Assembly: GCA_001790095.1 (NCBI GenBank) | Contig: MGBH01000001.1 | Span: 1,050,001-1,082,000 of the forward strand | Length of the DNA stretch: 32,000 nt | From: Candidatus Saccharimonadota bacterium | GTDB lineage: Bacteria; Patescibacteriota; Microgenomatia; UBA1406; GWC2-37-13 | Direction: 5' to 3' | In this document: positions 31,364 through 32,000 of the stretch, piece by piece | How positions within the stretch are numbered: position 1 is the stretch's first letter | Layout: each line of letters starts with the position of its first letter | Position numbers and translations under genes: made by a program | Notes under the pieces: generated by a model | Databases searched by the model: none | What the model saw: the letters and a program-made list of their open reading frames with translations, nothing else | Told to the model about the DNA's origin: nothing

Positions 31364-32000
31364 ATGTATGATTTGTTAGTAAAACTGTGTCTCGGTGTTA
31401 TCGTTCTTCTTTTTTCTACTCAAGTGTTTATTCAGATAGCTAAAAAAATGTCACATATCGTTAAAATCTCACCTCTGATAATCGGTGCAACTTTCGTTGC
31501 AATAGGAACTTCTTTGCCAGAGCTTGTGGTGTCTATGACCGCGGTGTTACAGAAAGATACGGGTTTGGCCATGGGGAATATAATTGGTTCAAACATAGTA
31601 AATATTTTTTTGGTACTTCCTGTAGCTATTTTCACAGGAAAACTGCGCATTGGTACAAACAAGACCCAGCGTAACGCACTTATTATGGTTGGAATAACCC
31701 TTATCTTTATATTTATACAGTTTTTAAAACCTGTACCCATAGCTTCAGGTCTATTTCTTATCATCCTAGCTTTGCTTGTCACTGTTTTAGAGTTTGAACA
31801 AGGTGTGTTTGGGCGCAACCACGAAGACTCATTGCGGTTTAATAAAAAGAATCATAACAGAATAACAATTCTTGCGGTGATAATAGCTGTTTTGTCTATC
31901 GTTGGAATAATCATGGGAGGTATTCTGGTTGTTTCTTCCATAGAAAGTATTTCGAGAATCACGGGCTATTCAACCACCATACTGGGGTTGTCCTTGACTG
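31364..32000 (+). CDS. Ca2+/Na+ antiporter (CaCA/YrbG-like), C-terminus off the right edge
   Basis: Not in the ORF track (no stop in the window). My translation is MYDLLVKLCLGVIVLL..ISPLIIGATFVAIGTSLPELVVSM..GNIIGSNIVNIFLVL, the alpha-1 repeat signature. TATAAT at 31351-31356 lies 7 nt before the ATG. Confidence 0.75.
   Translation, partial: MYDLLVKLCLGVIVLLFSTQVFIQIAKKMSHIVKISPLIIGATFVAIGTSLPELVVSMTAVLQKDTGLAMGNIIGSNIVNIFLVLPVAIFTGKLRIGTNKTQRNALIMVGITLIFIFIQFLKPVPIASGLFLIILALLVTVLEFEQGVFGRNHEDSLRFNKKNHNRITILAVIIAVLSIVGIIMGGILVVSSIESISRITGYSTTILGLSLT

Noticed and set aside
31432-31818. 128-aa minus-strand ORF from the track
   Set aside because: The plus strand here encodes a clear CaCA antiporter signature (GTSLPEL, GNIIGSNIVN). 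That gene is missing from the track only because it has no stop in the window.

Overview
The window is AT-rich (about mid-30s % G+C by eye) and densely packed, with about 50 mostly short bacterial genes. Many are hypothetical or small membrane proteins. Canonical GGAGG Shine-Dalgarno sites coexist with many genes whose ATG sits 6-9 nt after a -10 box. The overall look is that of a reduced-genome, CPR/Patescibacteria-like bacterium, but I cannot verify this without a database. I saw no rRNA, CRISPR array, transposase or integrase. Recognisable content: a partial GT2 glycosyltransferase, tRNA(CAT), an FtsB-like protein, YqeY, a DEDD exonuclease, two diverged GNAT paralogs, an SGNH hydrolase, DUF1003, MgtC/DUF4010, an RHH regulator with a cluster of small stress-type membrane proteins, NUDIX, cupin, an MDR dehydrogenase, a HExxH protein, an S51 peptidase, YciI, hemerythrin, a CNNM/TlyC protein, metallophosphoesterase, creatininase, an alpha/beta hydrolase, cytidine deaminase, PfkB kinase, kbl-tdh (threonine catabolism) and a partial CaCA antiporter. 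Three observations stand out. (1) At 25.95-26.23 kb on the minus strand, two tandem leader-peptide attenuators precede an orphan, GC-richer operon. Each has a 16-18 codon mini-ORF with a Cys2-Thr3 codon block and mutually exclusive 1:2 / 2:3 / 3:4 hairpins ending in a U-tract terminator. (2) tRNA-Asn(GUU) at 3143-3429 is split by a 211-nt group I intron in the anticodon, with a free-standing HTH plus LAGLIDADG-like ORF 12 nt upstream. (3) A roughly 5.6-kb integrase-less accessory array follows that tRNA (3430-9084). It consists of single-gene modules separated by a family of direct and inverted repeats derived from the tRNA 3' flank, and it is closed by an 11-bp copy of the tRNA 3' end. All functional calls come from my own reading of motifs, not from searches.
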